This document shows, piece after piece, positions 52,461 through 64,000 of a stretch of DNA of 64,000 nt. Position 1 is the first letter of the stretch. Each line of letters starts with the position of its first letter. A program made the translations under genes and the position numbers. Origin of the DNA: Tubiluchus corallicola (taxonomy: Eukaryota > Animalia > Priapulida); NCBI GenBank assembly GCA_030141605.1, contig JAQGDQ010000293.1, positions 62,001 to 126,000 of the forward strand, in the 5' to 3' direction. The notes under the pieces were generated by a model that ran no database searches, was not told where the DNA came from, and saw only the letters and a list, made by a program, of their open reading frames with translations.

Positions 52461-53539
52461 ACAGCCAACGAGGTTTTAGTCCAATATGTAGACAAATATT
52501 GTCCAATTGATCGTGTATTGTATTACAATTTTCTCTGCTTTATCTCTTTAAGTGATACATTTTCAAAAGAAGTACTTATGTATGTGAAGAAAGTCTATTC
52601 AAAACAAAAAGATATGTTAATAATATTTGCAGTAAGTTTCAGCTAGCTTTAGGGTGTGTGTCCACTGGGCCTGCAATATTCTGCTTAAACACATATACAA
52701 TTTATCATGTATGTATGTATATCAGGTTGAATTATGTGCCAGGGTCCATCAATAATGACAGACTCATCAAAGCAAATATACTTCTATTATTTTAGCATGT
52801 GACATTCTTTACCACTCTGTAGGTCAACATGCATATAAGCAAAGCTGCGCTTTTGGAAAAGGCGATCTATATACGCAGTATAGTTGCGTATTTGTACATA
52901 TCTCCTTAATTCATAAGTCTCCTTAATAGCCTTGATGATATTAAAGAATTCTGACGCATACACGGAATTCTCACAGGACCTGTATTAGAAGTCAAGTTCA
53001 GTAAGGTAATGGACGGCTCTTTCAATATTACCGTATTGCTACAACTTTATGAAGGTGCACTAGCATTTATATATTGAATAATATGTATAGTAGATAGCGG
53101 CTGTGAACAGTGCTATTAACAAAACATGCATAAAGTGGTGACATCTGTTGTCAAGAAGGAGGAGGATTATAAAATGGAGCCATTTTTAGAGTTTTAAATT
53201 ATGGCAAATCTAGGTACGCGCCATTATGCTGACCACAGAATCATGTAAGAGAACCACTAACTTTTAAGTTTTAAGATGTTCATGTTATTGTAGAGAATTG
53301 CTACCAGATATTTAAGTATAAAAGACAAAACTGTTCTCAAGGGTCTGTTTATTTTTCATTCGACTTTCTATAGAGCATAATTATGGTTGTCCATGGGGAT
53401 GCGTGGATTTTTGACAAAATGCGCCACCCATACTTGGGCGGGGCAATCTCCTAGCAGTAAAGGATTCTGATTTTGGAAATCTCCTAGCGACCTTGACTTC
53501 TCGGTTTTGCCCTGAATTCAAACTTGTTAATTTAAACAT

Positions 53540-54060
53540 AGTTTATTTGGTTCAGATTAGACAGTCTTTAAAACTGATACATGAATACTCACCGTGCAAG
53601 TGTACAGGCAGAAGTACAGATAAAATGTTGCAATAAAGTAATATAAAGACATGCAAACACAAAGACATAAGATATACAAAATCAGCAGATGTGGTACCTT
53701 GAATAATATGAATAATTGAATAATGTACAATAACTGTCGTTGAATATCTTAAAATTTACGGTAAATGCATAAAAATGATCCTAAAGTCTGATCTCGTTGA
53801 GACTTTTAGCTCTCCTAATGCACTTTTGAATGCAATCAAACATTTTACAGTTAACATCAACACCAAACTTGTTTAGACCAGGGTACAATATTTATCTGAG
53901 CAGATAAAATTGATTTTTTCAATAGCATCCTTACCTTGTTTTGCATGCTTTAGTGTGGCCATTAATGTGAAAAGTTTGCGCTTAATGTGCATGTAGGCGT
54001 GTTATAACTTATATACTTTAAGTAGGCGCATTTTGAACGTCTGTCGGGATAAAATTCCCT
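53540..54060 (-). mobile_element. Decayed CR1-like LINE 3' end
   Basis: Minus-strand GLNKFGVDVNCKMFDCIQKCIRRAKSL resembles CR1 ORF2 C-termini and is followed by an AT-rich UTR ending AATAAA; many stops. Confidence 0.4.
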
Positions 54061-54267
54061 AATGTTATAAATGGTAACATTAAATGAACATCTTTTCGCG
54101 CTAAGTAATATGGGATAGTTGAGTCGTCTTCGACATGGTGATTTAACTTCTGCGTGGTAGCCATTTTATTTCAGCTTTATACGCGATTTGTCTTAATATC
54201 TTGAATTAAAAGTTTGCTGTGCAAAAGACTGGCATGAAAACGCTATACTTATAAGTCAGCTTATAAG

Positions 54268-54646
54268 CAGGGCCTATTTCAAGGGGGGGGGATACTTCCC
54301 CGGGGCCTCACCCTCCAGGGGGGCCTCGCGCCAAGGTAACATTTTTTTTGCTTTATGCGAACATACTGCCTCCTCTCTCTTTCTCTTGCCGCACGCGAGC
54401 CGTTTGCCAGTATTGACAAGTATTAAGGACTGGTCTTGAGAATAAAACCTTTCAATTGTTCTTTCATTTAACAACTGTATAACTCCATATTTTCTCTTCG
54501 AAAATGCTTCTCCGGCATTCTAGCAGTTCAAAAATTTCCTGGGCGCCAACCATGGTGACGCCCGCCCCCCGGCGCATCGCCCCACCCCCGATGGGGCCTC
54601 ACACGCCCCACTTCCCCGGGCCTCGCCTAGGCTGAAATAGGCCCTG
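54268..54646. mobile_element. hAT-type MITE
   Basis: CTTATAAG|CAGGGCCTATTTCA...TGAAATAGGCCCTG|CTTATAAG: perfect 14-bp TIR and 8-bp TSD. Confidence 0.92.
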
Positions 54647-56549
54647 CTTATAAGTCATTGCAACAAGCAAGAACACAATGCAAACTTCAATTCAATATTA
54701 CCAACACGTCAATACTAATCCTGCGCACGTCAATCATAAAACACATGTCTTAATTACAAATCAGATTTTCCTTAATGAAAAACCAGACGGTTTGGCAAAG
54801 CAACCTTTGATTTTTTTTTGTCATCCTCCACCTTGATCATTTCATAATTATGTTGTCTTGTTAAATTTTCTTATATTATTACAGGTTTTGCACAAAACAA
54901 CAATAAAATTTCAAAGTGGATGTAACTTAATTGAAGCATGTCTGCTTTGATGAATTCTGATGCTTTTCGTGAACCAGCCACATAACTGAACACTAGCGTT
55001 GATGCTCATAATACTAGGGAGCGGATACACTGATTCCTAATTGCTAATTGCTAATTGAAGACAATTTTCTTGAGTTAAGTAATTAATGCTTTACTCGAAA
55101 CAACACTGATGATCCATCTATAAGACGTCAACTTTATATTCTATGCAGTATTACAGATAGTGTTTCGGTCTCTAGTATTCATTTGAATTTTGCCCTGACT
55201 GAAACAATGTTACTCCCAAGCGACAGCGATTGTCAAAAATTTGTTAGTTTAATTAAAAATGACAACTATTCAGTTTTCTAGGCCAATTTTCTCGAGCGTG
55301 TAACCTGTTCTCGTAGACTCGAGGGCAGTGCGTTCTCGGCCATGTTCGGCTTCGGTTTCATTTTGTTTTTCTCTTCTTGGTTGCTGTTATTAAGTCAGTC
55401 GTGATTCAGTAATTTTTGGTTTAACCCCTTGGTTTGCATTTCGACTCAACGCGTAAGTGTCAGCTATAAACTGTTGCTAAGTGTTTCATTTTACTGTTTT
55501 TCTTTCTTTTCTTTCTTTTTATAATTTTCTTTAGTTAATTATGAATCCTCGCTATCATAGACGGCATCACAATATGAAAAATTCAAACTACGCAGCCATT
55601 GGAAGAGATTTAAGAAATATGTCTAAATCTAAAGTATTTTAGCACGCACTTTAATACTTCTTCTTTAATATCACTGTAAGAAATGTTATACGCACAAATT
55701 AGAAAAGCTAATTACAGAATCCGTAAATGTAATATTGTAGAATTCGCTCTGTATAGTGTCTATGTAAAATTGTATAATGTTAGTACAGATATTTTTGCCT
55801 GCAAAAAGAGGCTAATAAAGACTTATCATCATCATCTAAATCGCTATGCAAAACGTTTTTAAACAGTAGGCTATCGCTCTAAATGCATAAACTTTATCGC
55901 ATAAACTTTCGTCATGTGTACGTTTTGTTAAATTATGCTTTTATTACAATAATTCCCTGAATTCTGAAATTGGTTAGCAGAGGTTTTCGGGATTTGGAAA
56001 TCTGCTTGGGTTTTGATTTTAGGATCCTAAATTGGGCAAACTCAGGTTAAGACTCCTAAAAAACTATCTATACAAATTTGCACTAAACTCCGAGTATGCA
56101 GGAAGACTATTCTCTGTTATCACATCTCCCTGTATTTTCCATTTCTACTGCTTTGTTATTGACTATTACGTCAGCTATACTATTCCTGCGCAGCGCATGA
56201 TGTTAATAATGAAATTTATGAGCCTATTTGGCTATTTTCAGCAATAAAAGACTTGCGTGAATTACATGTAGGCTTCATTAAATACAGGCTATTATGAAAT
56301 ACATTATTCGTAATTAGGCAAATATTATCGTCACATTCCCGTCAAATTGACCATAGCTGTCAACGCTAAGATGTCATCATTATCATTTGAATGTTGTCGT
56401 TCTTATTTATCTGCTGTGCGGTAATTTTAATACTATTTTTATTAAATTCTCTCATCATCATTGCCTGTTTGTGGTGTGTTATAACATGAACTACAGTAAT
56501 CAATCTAAAAATTATCACTTTCGTTGTCGCCACCTCCATCACCAGCACT

Positions 56550-56810
<261 letters not shown>

Positions 56811-56939
56811 TTGTGACGAATTTCATCGATAGTGCTATGAGCATAACGCCGACTAGGAGATATGCATTAGTCCTATATACAAAGGGAAGAGTAATAGTGG
56901 TGCTTTTACGACCAACATTACCCAAAACCTAATGAATTT

Positions 56940-57258
56940 AAATAACGAGAAAATTTAGACTATCCTTAAATAAAGAAAATAGTCTTGAAGTTTTATGACA
57001 TTTACATATTGTCTTATTGCGCGTAGAGCTTGTGTTAGCAGCAGTACTGTACAAAACTTAAAAAATTAAACTCCTGCTAAATCATTTAGGAGCAGACATT
57101 TTAACGGTAAGTCAGTAGAAACAAGTTTAGATAACACAAGAATTTTCTTTTTCAGTTACATATGTCTGTCAAAAACAGGTAAGTGTAGCGCAAAGTAATA
57201 TAACTTTGTATGGAAAGTTTTTTGAGACATGCTTTAAGATTTCTATTTCTTCCCATCT
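56940..57258 (+). mobile_element. Kolobok-like family B, old deleted copy
   Basis: GAAACAAGTTTAGATAACA and TAACTTTGTATGGAAAGTTTTTTG shared with family B. Confidence 0.6.
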
Positions 57259-57748
57259 AAATATTGTTTCTGTCTAATGAGATGAATACTACCGCGTTAT
57301 CGACTGGTTATTCCTGTCCTACAGCAAAAGGATTACGGGAAACTGCATAGCAGGTTAACTTGCAAAACTCGTCGACTTCAAAGAAATCAGAAATCATTTG
57401 ATGTCATTTATAACGTGAGATTTGTAACGGGCAAAACGTGTAGAAGAAATTTCTTTGATCGAGAGGCGAGTTAATGTGTGAGAGTTGTAAAAATAATCCG
57501 GCTAAAGTGTTAACGTCTTTAAAATCTGGGCTTCTTTGGTTTTAAATTTGCATGTACCTCGTGCTGAAGGGGTTGGAAACGGTCACTCTTATCAAGAAAG
57601 CCTTCCAAGTTTGTCGTCGTTGTTAGCATCGTCACCGTCTTTGAATCCCTCAGTCCCTCACAGTATCTGCCTACAACTTCGTGTAAAACAGAAAAGCGGC
57701 TTCGAGAGACTAAACAGCACCTCCTTATTGACAGTTATGCAAATTTAA

Positions 57749-58233
57749 AAGGGAAGAAAAGGCCATTTTAAAGTATTCCCAAAAATTCTCCTCGCGAAAT
57801 TATATTACTTAGCATTAGGCTTACCTGCTGGAAAGGCTTATGTAACTAGAAAAGAAAATTCTTAGTAATTTAGAATGCTCGCGCTAAATGGTAAAATGTC
57901 ACCGACTTACCTTCCCAGTGTGCACCACTGACTCACCAAAAAACGTATTTTTATTCTTATACAGTAATACACTTTTACAGTAATACAGTAATTTACACTT
58001 TTGCATAGTTACTGAAGTGTGTGCGACGAATCCTCCGGTTATATTTTCAAACTTTATGCAATGTTATGTAAACGACATCCATCAAAATGGTCTTTGCGGG
58101 AGCTTAAATTTTCATGTTTTGTGTAGCGTTGCTACAGATACAAATTATTTGCGCAATAAGACAGTATGTAGATGATAGAAAATTTCAAAACGAATTTTCA
58201 AGCTTTATGTAAGTAAAGGCTTTTTCTTGTGCT
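57749..58233 (-). mobile_element. Kolobok-like family B short form
   Basis: TTAA|AAGGGAAGAAAAGGCC...TTTTTCTTGTGCT|TTAA. Confidence 0.85.
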
Positions 58234-58855
58234 TTAAGCAAATGAAATTAAATTCAATTGTACTACATTAGATTGTTATGTAACTATGTGTAACAAATTG
58301 CATGGGCTTGTAAGTGATTTATTGAGTATTTTAGCGTTGAATTCTCTGGATGTTTAGATATTAAAAACCTCCTGTTTTAGCACTGCATTTATTTTTTCCA
58401 ACCGATGTTGTTGCCCACAGTAGAACCATTTCTCTATACAATCCCTGTAACCAGTGGAAATAAAGCAATTTATCCAAACTAATTAACCGACAGACCGCCA
58501 TCTTATTTAGAAACGGGGCTGATCGGCGACAGATCTTCCTGAACGATACACATGCCGCTGACTGATTCTACAAAATTTCTACTTTTATGCAGAAAATCAT
58601 ATACGACGCACAAATATTGTAGGATTCAATTACTTTCCTGTAGGGAACGGCACAACTATTAATGTATTCTGGTTTATGTTTTTGTGAGTGCAAGCATGAA
58701 CTGTTCAAGCTTATTAAAAACGGAACCCATTCCTCTGTGCTAAACCTGTCTAATAAAATGCAATTAACCACAGTGAAGCCCAAGATCGTGATATGCATTA
58801 GTCTAGCCTAGATGTACAGACAAATGCGAGTTGAATTAAAGGCAGGCGAACTTAA

Positions 58856-59533
58856 AGCACAAGAAAACCCTCAACTTACATAAAGCCTAAAAAATTCGTC
58901 TTGAAATTTACCACTTACATACTGCCTTTTTGCATATCACACTTGCGTAGGCAATAACGTTGTATAAAACATGTAAATTTAAACTCCCGCGATGACTATT
59001 AGAAGCAGCCGTTTTGACGATAAGTCATTTGAAACAAGTTTAGATAACATTTTGTAAAGTTTGAAAAAATAATCAGAGCATTCATAGCGCACACGTCACT
59101 AACTGTATAAAATTTAAAATTATTGTATCTTGTCAATAGGATTAAAAATACGTTTTTGGTTTGTGAGTGGTGCACCCTGGAGGGTGAGTCAGCTACATTT
59201 TATTGGTGAAAACATTTTAAATAATTAATAATTTTCTTTTCTAGCTACGTGAGTCTTTCCAGCAGGTAAGCGAAAAGCTAAGTAATATAGATTTGCATGG
59301 AAAGTTTTTTTGGGACATAATTTATTATTTACTTTTCTTCCCCTGATTTACGTTTGTGTAAGTGACGTAATGTAATGGCGCCGACGGAACACTATTGCTG
59401 GAGTTTTAAAATGAAAATAAACAAAAAATCCTTTCAACGCGAGTACGATATACGCATAAAATTGCTATAAAGTTATATAATTTCTTAAGGCGATCTTTGT
59501 GAAACCTACTTCAGGTACCCTTTCTCTTGTCCG
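58856..59533 (+). mobile_element. Kolobok-like family B long form
   Basis: TTAA|AGCACAAGAAAACCC...TTTCTCTTGTCCG|TTAA. Confidence 0.88.
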
Positions 59534-60074
59534 TTAACGGCAAGGGTTCCTGGAACTGTATGTGAAATGGATGACTAAATTTTAAATCACTCACTGTCAC
59601 ATAGTGCTGGGTACTTGAGATGGGGCATGTGCTACCAAAAATTATGTTGTGAGTATTCTCTACCAGAGAACGAATTCGAATCGAACAGAATTTCAGAGCT
59701 TTCGAATCCGAATCTAATTCAGATTCAGTTTGAAAGATTTGCGAATAAATTTTCGAACCACTGAAAAAAGCAGCCTCACAGAACAGTCTCACAAAGATGC
59801 ACATTGCTTGATTTTGCTCCGCAGTAAAAACGCTTATAAAATTTGTTTAAACCTTGTGCACAGAATCTCAGGAAAATTGTGCTGACTGCATGGTGTTTCA
59901 AACGTCTTTATGATAAAGAACGTACGTAGTTGAAACGCTGAATTATTTGAATCTATAATTTTTGGTTTATATCGAATTTAAACTAAAAAAATCGTTCTCG
60001 TTTTGTATGGTTGACGTTGAACGTTGAAGTAGAAGTAAACACTTGAACGTTCGACGTCCATTCCTACGAAAAAC

Positions 60075-60297
60075 TACGTGAACTTTACCTAATTATGCAT
60101 TAGTCTGTGCGAGATCTTGCTTGGGACCAAAAAAAATGAACTGGGTAAGGTTCTGTACCTAGTATTCTTCCCTTTTCTCAATTGCTATTAGAATAGCATG
60201 TGCTGCGAGGCGTTGTCAAGTGTACAAAAATGCGTTATCTTATACACTTAGCCTTTGATCTTTTCCGATCACCATCAATCGCTGGAACTGTGAAAAC
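60075..60297 (+). mobile_element. MITE family C, right half
   Basis: TAATTATGCATTAGTCTGTGCG...CTGGAACTGTGAAAA aligns to 30880-31100. Confidence 0.65.
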
Positions 60298-60513
60298 GTA
60301 GTTGTAGCAGTGAATCTCAACTGTCTAGCTAGTGATTGTTCTAGCATGTATGAACTTACATTTGGGGACTGCTAAACTTGTTAGTACTGAATTAAGTCAT
60401 TCTACAATCACAAGTCGCTATGTGGTCCAAGCGCATGTCTAATGTGGACTTGTAAAGTAAATGTGGCAGCAGCCCATTTGGAGATGCTAATATATAACAT
60501 TGAGTCTTATATT

Positions 60514-61085
60514 GTTGGCGTCCTTCTGTCTCGGAAGACAATGGAGTGTGCGCCAGTTATTAATCACATTGATGGAGCTGCAGCGTCGACTGTGGTTGAG
60601 CAGTCCGATCCATGAACGGCAGTTAGACAGGCGTAATTGCTGCCTCCCGTGCTGTTTCGGTCACTGGAGCAGTGACACTGGAGTGGCCTCTCCAGGGCGC
60701 ACACCTGGGCAAGGTGTATGGAGATCCTGAGTTGCTCAGACAACAGGAACCCCCTCTCTTCCTCCCTGGTGTAGTCCAAAGGAAAGCGGAGCGATACGTT
60801 TGGCACCAGGTTGGCTGCAGGAGCTGCCGGAGTCAGTGAGCATGCTGCACTGGCCCGCCTTCGGGGCTCCACTCCTGATTTGGAAGGTTTACTCCTCTAC
60901 CTCCTCCGTCCTCTAGCCGTTGGCTACTTGTGCAGCTCCTCCGCCTAATACAGTGTGGGCATCCCGCAAGCCTACAGCACCTGGTATTCCTAGGCGGTCA
61001 CCCATCCAAGTACTAACCAGGCTCTGGGTTGCTTAACTTCGCTGATCAGACGAGCACCGGTGTTTTCAACGTCATTTGGCCATAG
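60514..61085 (-). mobile_element. 5S rRNA-headed SINE (SINE3 type) with RTE-LINE-derived body and tail, full length
   Basis: 13-bp TSD TGAGTCTTATATT (60501-60513, 61086-61098); 5S head at 61085-60968; tail translates NCRSWIGLLNHSRRCSS (RTE C-terminal CHSRIGL.SHSRRC motif) and ends CATTGTCTTCCGAGACAGAAGGACGCCAAC. Confidence 0.9.
60968..61085 (-). pseudogene. 5S rRNA-derived sequence (SINE head, not a bona fide 5S gene)
   Basis: Minus strand CTATGGCCAAATGACGTTGAAAACACCGGTGCTCGTCTGATCAGCGAAGTTAAGCAACCCAGAGCCTGGTTAGTACTTGGATGGGTGACCGCCTAGGAATACCAGGTGCTGTAGGCTT; A box, IE and C box recognisable; no T-run terminator follows. Confidence 0.92.
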
Positions 61086-61342
61086 TGAGTCTTATATTAA
61101 AAGTATTATAAGTAAAGTATTAGGAATGGGGTGAAGGGTCGAGCGTGCAAGACATCAGTCAGTTCAAATGGTGTCACTGGGCTCTCAACTACAAATGGTG
61201 CTCATCCACCAATGATCGAGAGTGCGCGCATTTCCCACGTAGTGTCCGTTACTCAAATACATGCTCCAGGCCCAATATACTGTCAAAAGGATAGCATCAA
61301 AACACGTTTTGAGGGTATAGTGAGGAACAAAAAACTAGTTTT

Positions 61343-61924
61343 TGATGATTTTTCAAATCCTACCCCATTTTGAAGTATGGCAAAAAGTATGCACTTCAAG
61401 ACCTATAATAACATGAAAGCGTTTGTGGTAATTAAATATTAAAAACGTAATTAACGGTAGGTGAGCCAAACTAGTGATAACATTACAACTGAACATAATT
61501 TTCAACAGCACAAACCTTCAATGAGCTTCTTGCACGTATTTGAAAAAGCGCAAATTGAAGTACAGTGCTATTATACAACATTAAACGTGATGCACAAAAA
61601 CCCGGCAAATTTTAAGTTTACCACTGCGCTCACGGATGAGCTTTCTAACGTGTGCACTGCGTCACAATTGAACACCTCTGAATTGAGAGGTACAGCGCCT
61701 GTTTTTGTGCAGCATATTCCGAAATGCAGACGCTAATGCCCATCTAACTAGCAAATAGCAAATCCGCGTAACTGTAAAGAACTAGTCGCGCAAACGTGTT
61801 TGTTATAACTCTGTGGCAATAATTCTTTCTCGCAACTCATTCTTGAAAAAACAGTATGTTCCCTTTAAGTACTTTACAGGGTAGATTGTTTTGAGTTATA
61901 GTTAAGGTTGCTTCCGGTTTTCCT
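61343..61924 (-). mobile_element. Kolobok-like family A, diverged copy (left boundary uncertain, may extend to ~61135)
   Basis: Ends CTTCCGGTTTTCCT|TTAA; body is the reverse complement of family A. Confidence 0.75.
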
Positions 61925-61929
61925 TTAAG

Positions 61930-62195
61930 AAGCAATATTTTGTGAGATTTTACTAGCAATTTTATTGAAATCTTCGTTCCATTTTAAGTTGCGGTAAAAA
62001 GGCACGCCTAAATATTTCCTGCTACTAACAATTTGGCGTTCATTAAGTGATAAAATTTAATCTCATTTATATCCTTAAAATTTGCTACCTGTCCCGAGCC
62101 ACATTACTTTAGTTGTGTTCAAAATATTGTCAGTTATCCTGTCAGAAATATTACTGAAGTCATTATTCAAATCAGTTTCAAATCCAGCTAGACAA
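61930..62195 (-). mobile_element. Decayed CR1/L2-group LINE reverse-transcriptase fragment
   Basis: Minus-strand translation (with a frameshift) LNNDFSNISDRITDNILNTTKVMWLGT ... IVSSRKYLGVPFYRNLKWNEDFNKIASKISQNI, matching the LN..KTK.M..G / KYLG...L.W..H...I..KIS signature. Confidence 0.75.
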
Positions 62196-62989
62196 TTTTA
62201 GTTTAACATCTCGCTTTCTTTTTGTGTGAAATTTTCTGTTTTTCCGATTTCTAATGTAAGATAGAAGCAATGTTTTGCTTTTATTTTTAATTTGATGTCG
62301 TCGATTTTGTTCTTATTGGCTGTTATAATGGTAAATGATTCATGCAAATTAACCAATACATCTTGAACAAACTCGTGCTTTCAGCAGAGATATAGTCTTC
62401 TTTTTTAATCTTCTGTTTTAATGACGAATTAAAATGTTGAGAGAGATTGCTAACATTTCTTAAAACAACTGGTCACTCTTCTCAATGAAGCGATGTCTTA
62501 ATACCAAGCTTTAATCATAGTAGAATTAAGTAATAGATTTTTAAGTAACAGAATAGCATGTTATTTCTAATGGAATTGCTCAAGCTAAAAGACGAATTGC
62601 TTCCGTTCAGTAGAAGAAATTAGCTTTTACTAAATCTACAGTAAAGCTAGTAGGAGAAATGATTTTCTAATTATCTGATCACATAGCTCGAGCAACAGGC
62701 GCAATGCCGAACAACTGTGTGACGAAACAGTGCAAGGTAGGGCTGTCAACAAAATTTAATAACGTTTTATGAAGCCATTCAGCTGAAAGTGAGTTACCAT
62801 TTGGTTGCTCGGCAGTTTTAATTAAGCCTTTATGACTAATACTTGAGAAGTGAAACGGTGAAATCCAGTCGATTTGAAGGAGGGGACGTGATTGGGTATT
62901 ATAGACATCAAGAAGTGTCATTGACTCAGTAAGAAAATTTATTCACCACAGACACCACTAGATGTCACTGCCGGGAAGTTAGACAACCA

Positions 62990-63450
62990 AGAAGAACACA
63001 ATTAGAATATTCTCAGCCTTAGTTGAAACTGTATTTCTGTATAACTCTGAGCTCTGGACATTAAAAGCAAATTATAAAGCTGAAATCGATGCGTTTCAAA
63101 GGCGAAATTACAGAAACATTTCTAGTATTAGACGGTCAAAGAAAATTTCAAACAAAGATCTATATGAAAAAAATAAAAGAAGAACCTTGGACAAGAAAAA
63201 TAAAAAGACGCCGTTTAAGATGGATTGGGCATATGCTTAGACTACCTGATGATGTTCTATTCAACAAGCCACAGACCCAGCTAAAAAACCTGCAGGAGGA
63301 CAAATGTTAACATATTTAGATTTTGCACAGAAAGATTTAAACACTTCAGCATTGATCCTTACAAATAAATCCACTTGAGGCATTGCGGCGAGCAGGGAGA
63401 CCTGGCATAGGGAGGTGAGCAGAATAATGTCCCTGGACGTATGATTCATT
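62990..63450 (+). mobile_element. RTE-clade LINE ORF2 3' fragment (frameshifted)
   Basis: IRIFSALVETVFLYNSELWTLK...IDAFQRR... then IKRRRLRWIGHMLRLPDD; same family as 30275-30734. Confidence 0.88.
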
Positions 63451-64000
63451 GGATGACAGCTAGCTGAAGGTGGTTTCCATGGTTTCTACCACAACACAAA
63501 ACGTTCGTTGACACGTGACAGTCAACGCACACGAAGTGATTTGACAACGACCTTTTTTAAATTTCAGCATATCAGAACTTAAAAAGAAATAACACTTTTC
63601 TTTAATTTAGAACTATTTTTGTAGAGGATCAGTATTCTATTTGATTGTTTTGTTCGTTTTGTGGCAGTTTTATTGAGATTGTTTTGCCATGATACCTGTT
63701 CCCATAGGCAGTTTATTTCCCTTCCGGGACAGGACTATTTCCTATTAGATGGTTTCACGTAACTTATTGTCGAGCGACACTTGACCAAACATCGTTATGC
63801 CAGCGGAAACATAGCTTCTTAATATGTAATAACTAACATCCATGGTCGTTGGTCAATCCAAAGTCTGCTCTGAGTGAAATTTACTATTTAGAATCTTATT
63901 TTAGTATTTAGTATAGAGATGTATCGACCTAATCCTACACACATTAAAGGTAACTAAAACACCACTGTTCATATAGTGTTAGGTGAGTCTAGCCAAATGA

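Noticed and set aside
60564-60872. 102-aa and 76-aa GC-rich ORFs
   Set aside because: Lie within the SINE body; open only because of high GC.
60968-61085. Functional 5S rRNA gene
   Set aside because: Several substitutions, no oligo-T terminator, fused to RTE-like sequence inside a TSD.

Overview
AT-rich, gene-poor, repeat-dense eukaryotic DNA, most consistent with an invertebrate animal (V-domain SINE, Kolobok-like elements, CR1/L2/RTE LINE remnants, CCCTAA-like repeats). Nearly all ORFs in the supplied track are artefacts of microsatellites or decayed transposons. I can support one protein-coding gene, on the minus strand. It is spliced: a 33-nt coding exon at 42323-42355, missed by the ORF track, supplies a signal peptide to the large exon at 40382-41461. 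The predicted product is a ~370-aa secreted Gly/Tyr/Ser-rich protein with an internal convertase-like site. The rest of the window is mobile DNA: two abundant TTAA-flanked Kolobok-like non-autonomous families, an intact 5S-rRNA-headed SINE with an RTE-derived tail and a 13-bp TSD, a tRNA/V-domain SINE, a solo LTR, several MITEs, LINE fragments, minisatellites and long microsatellites. I found no prokaryotic features, no CRISPR array and no multi-gene novel system. The best leads are the secreted GY-rich protein and the 5S/RTE SINE. Coordinates were read by eye, and element ends without a clear TSD are approximate.
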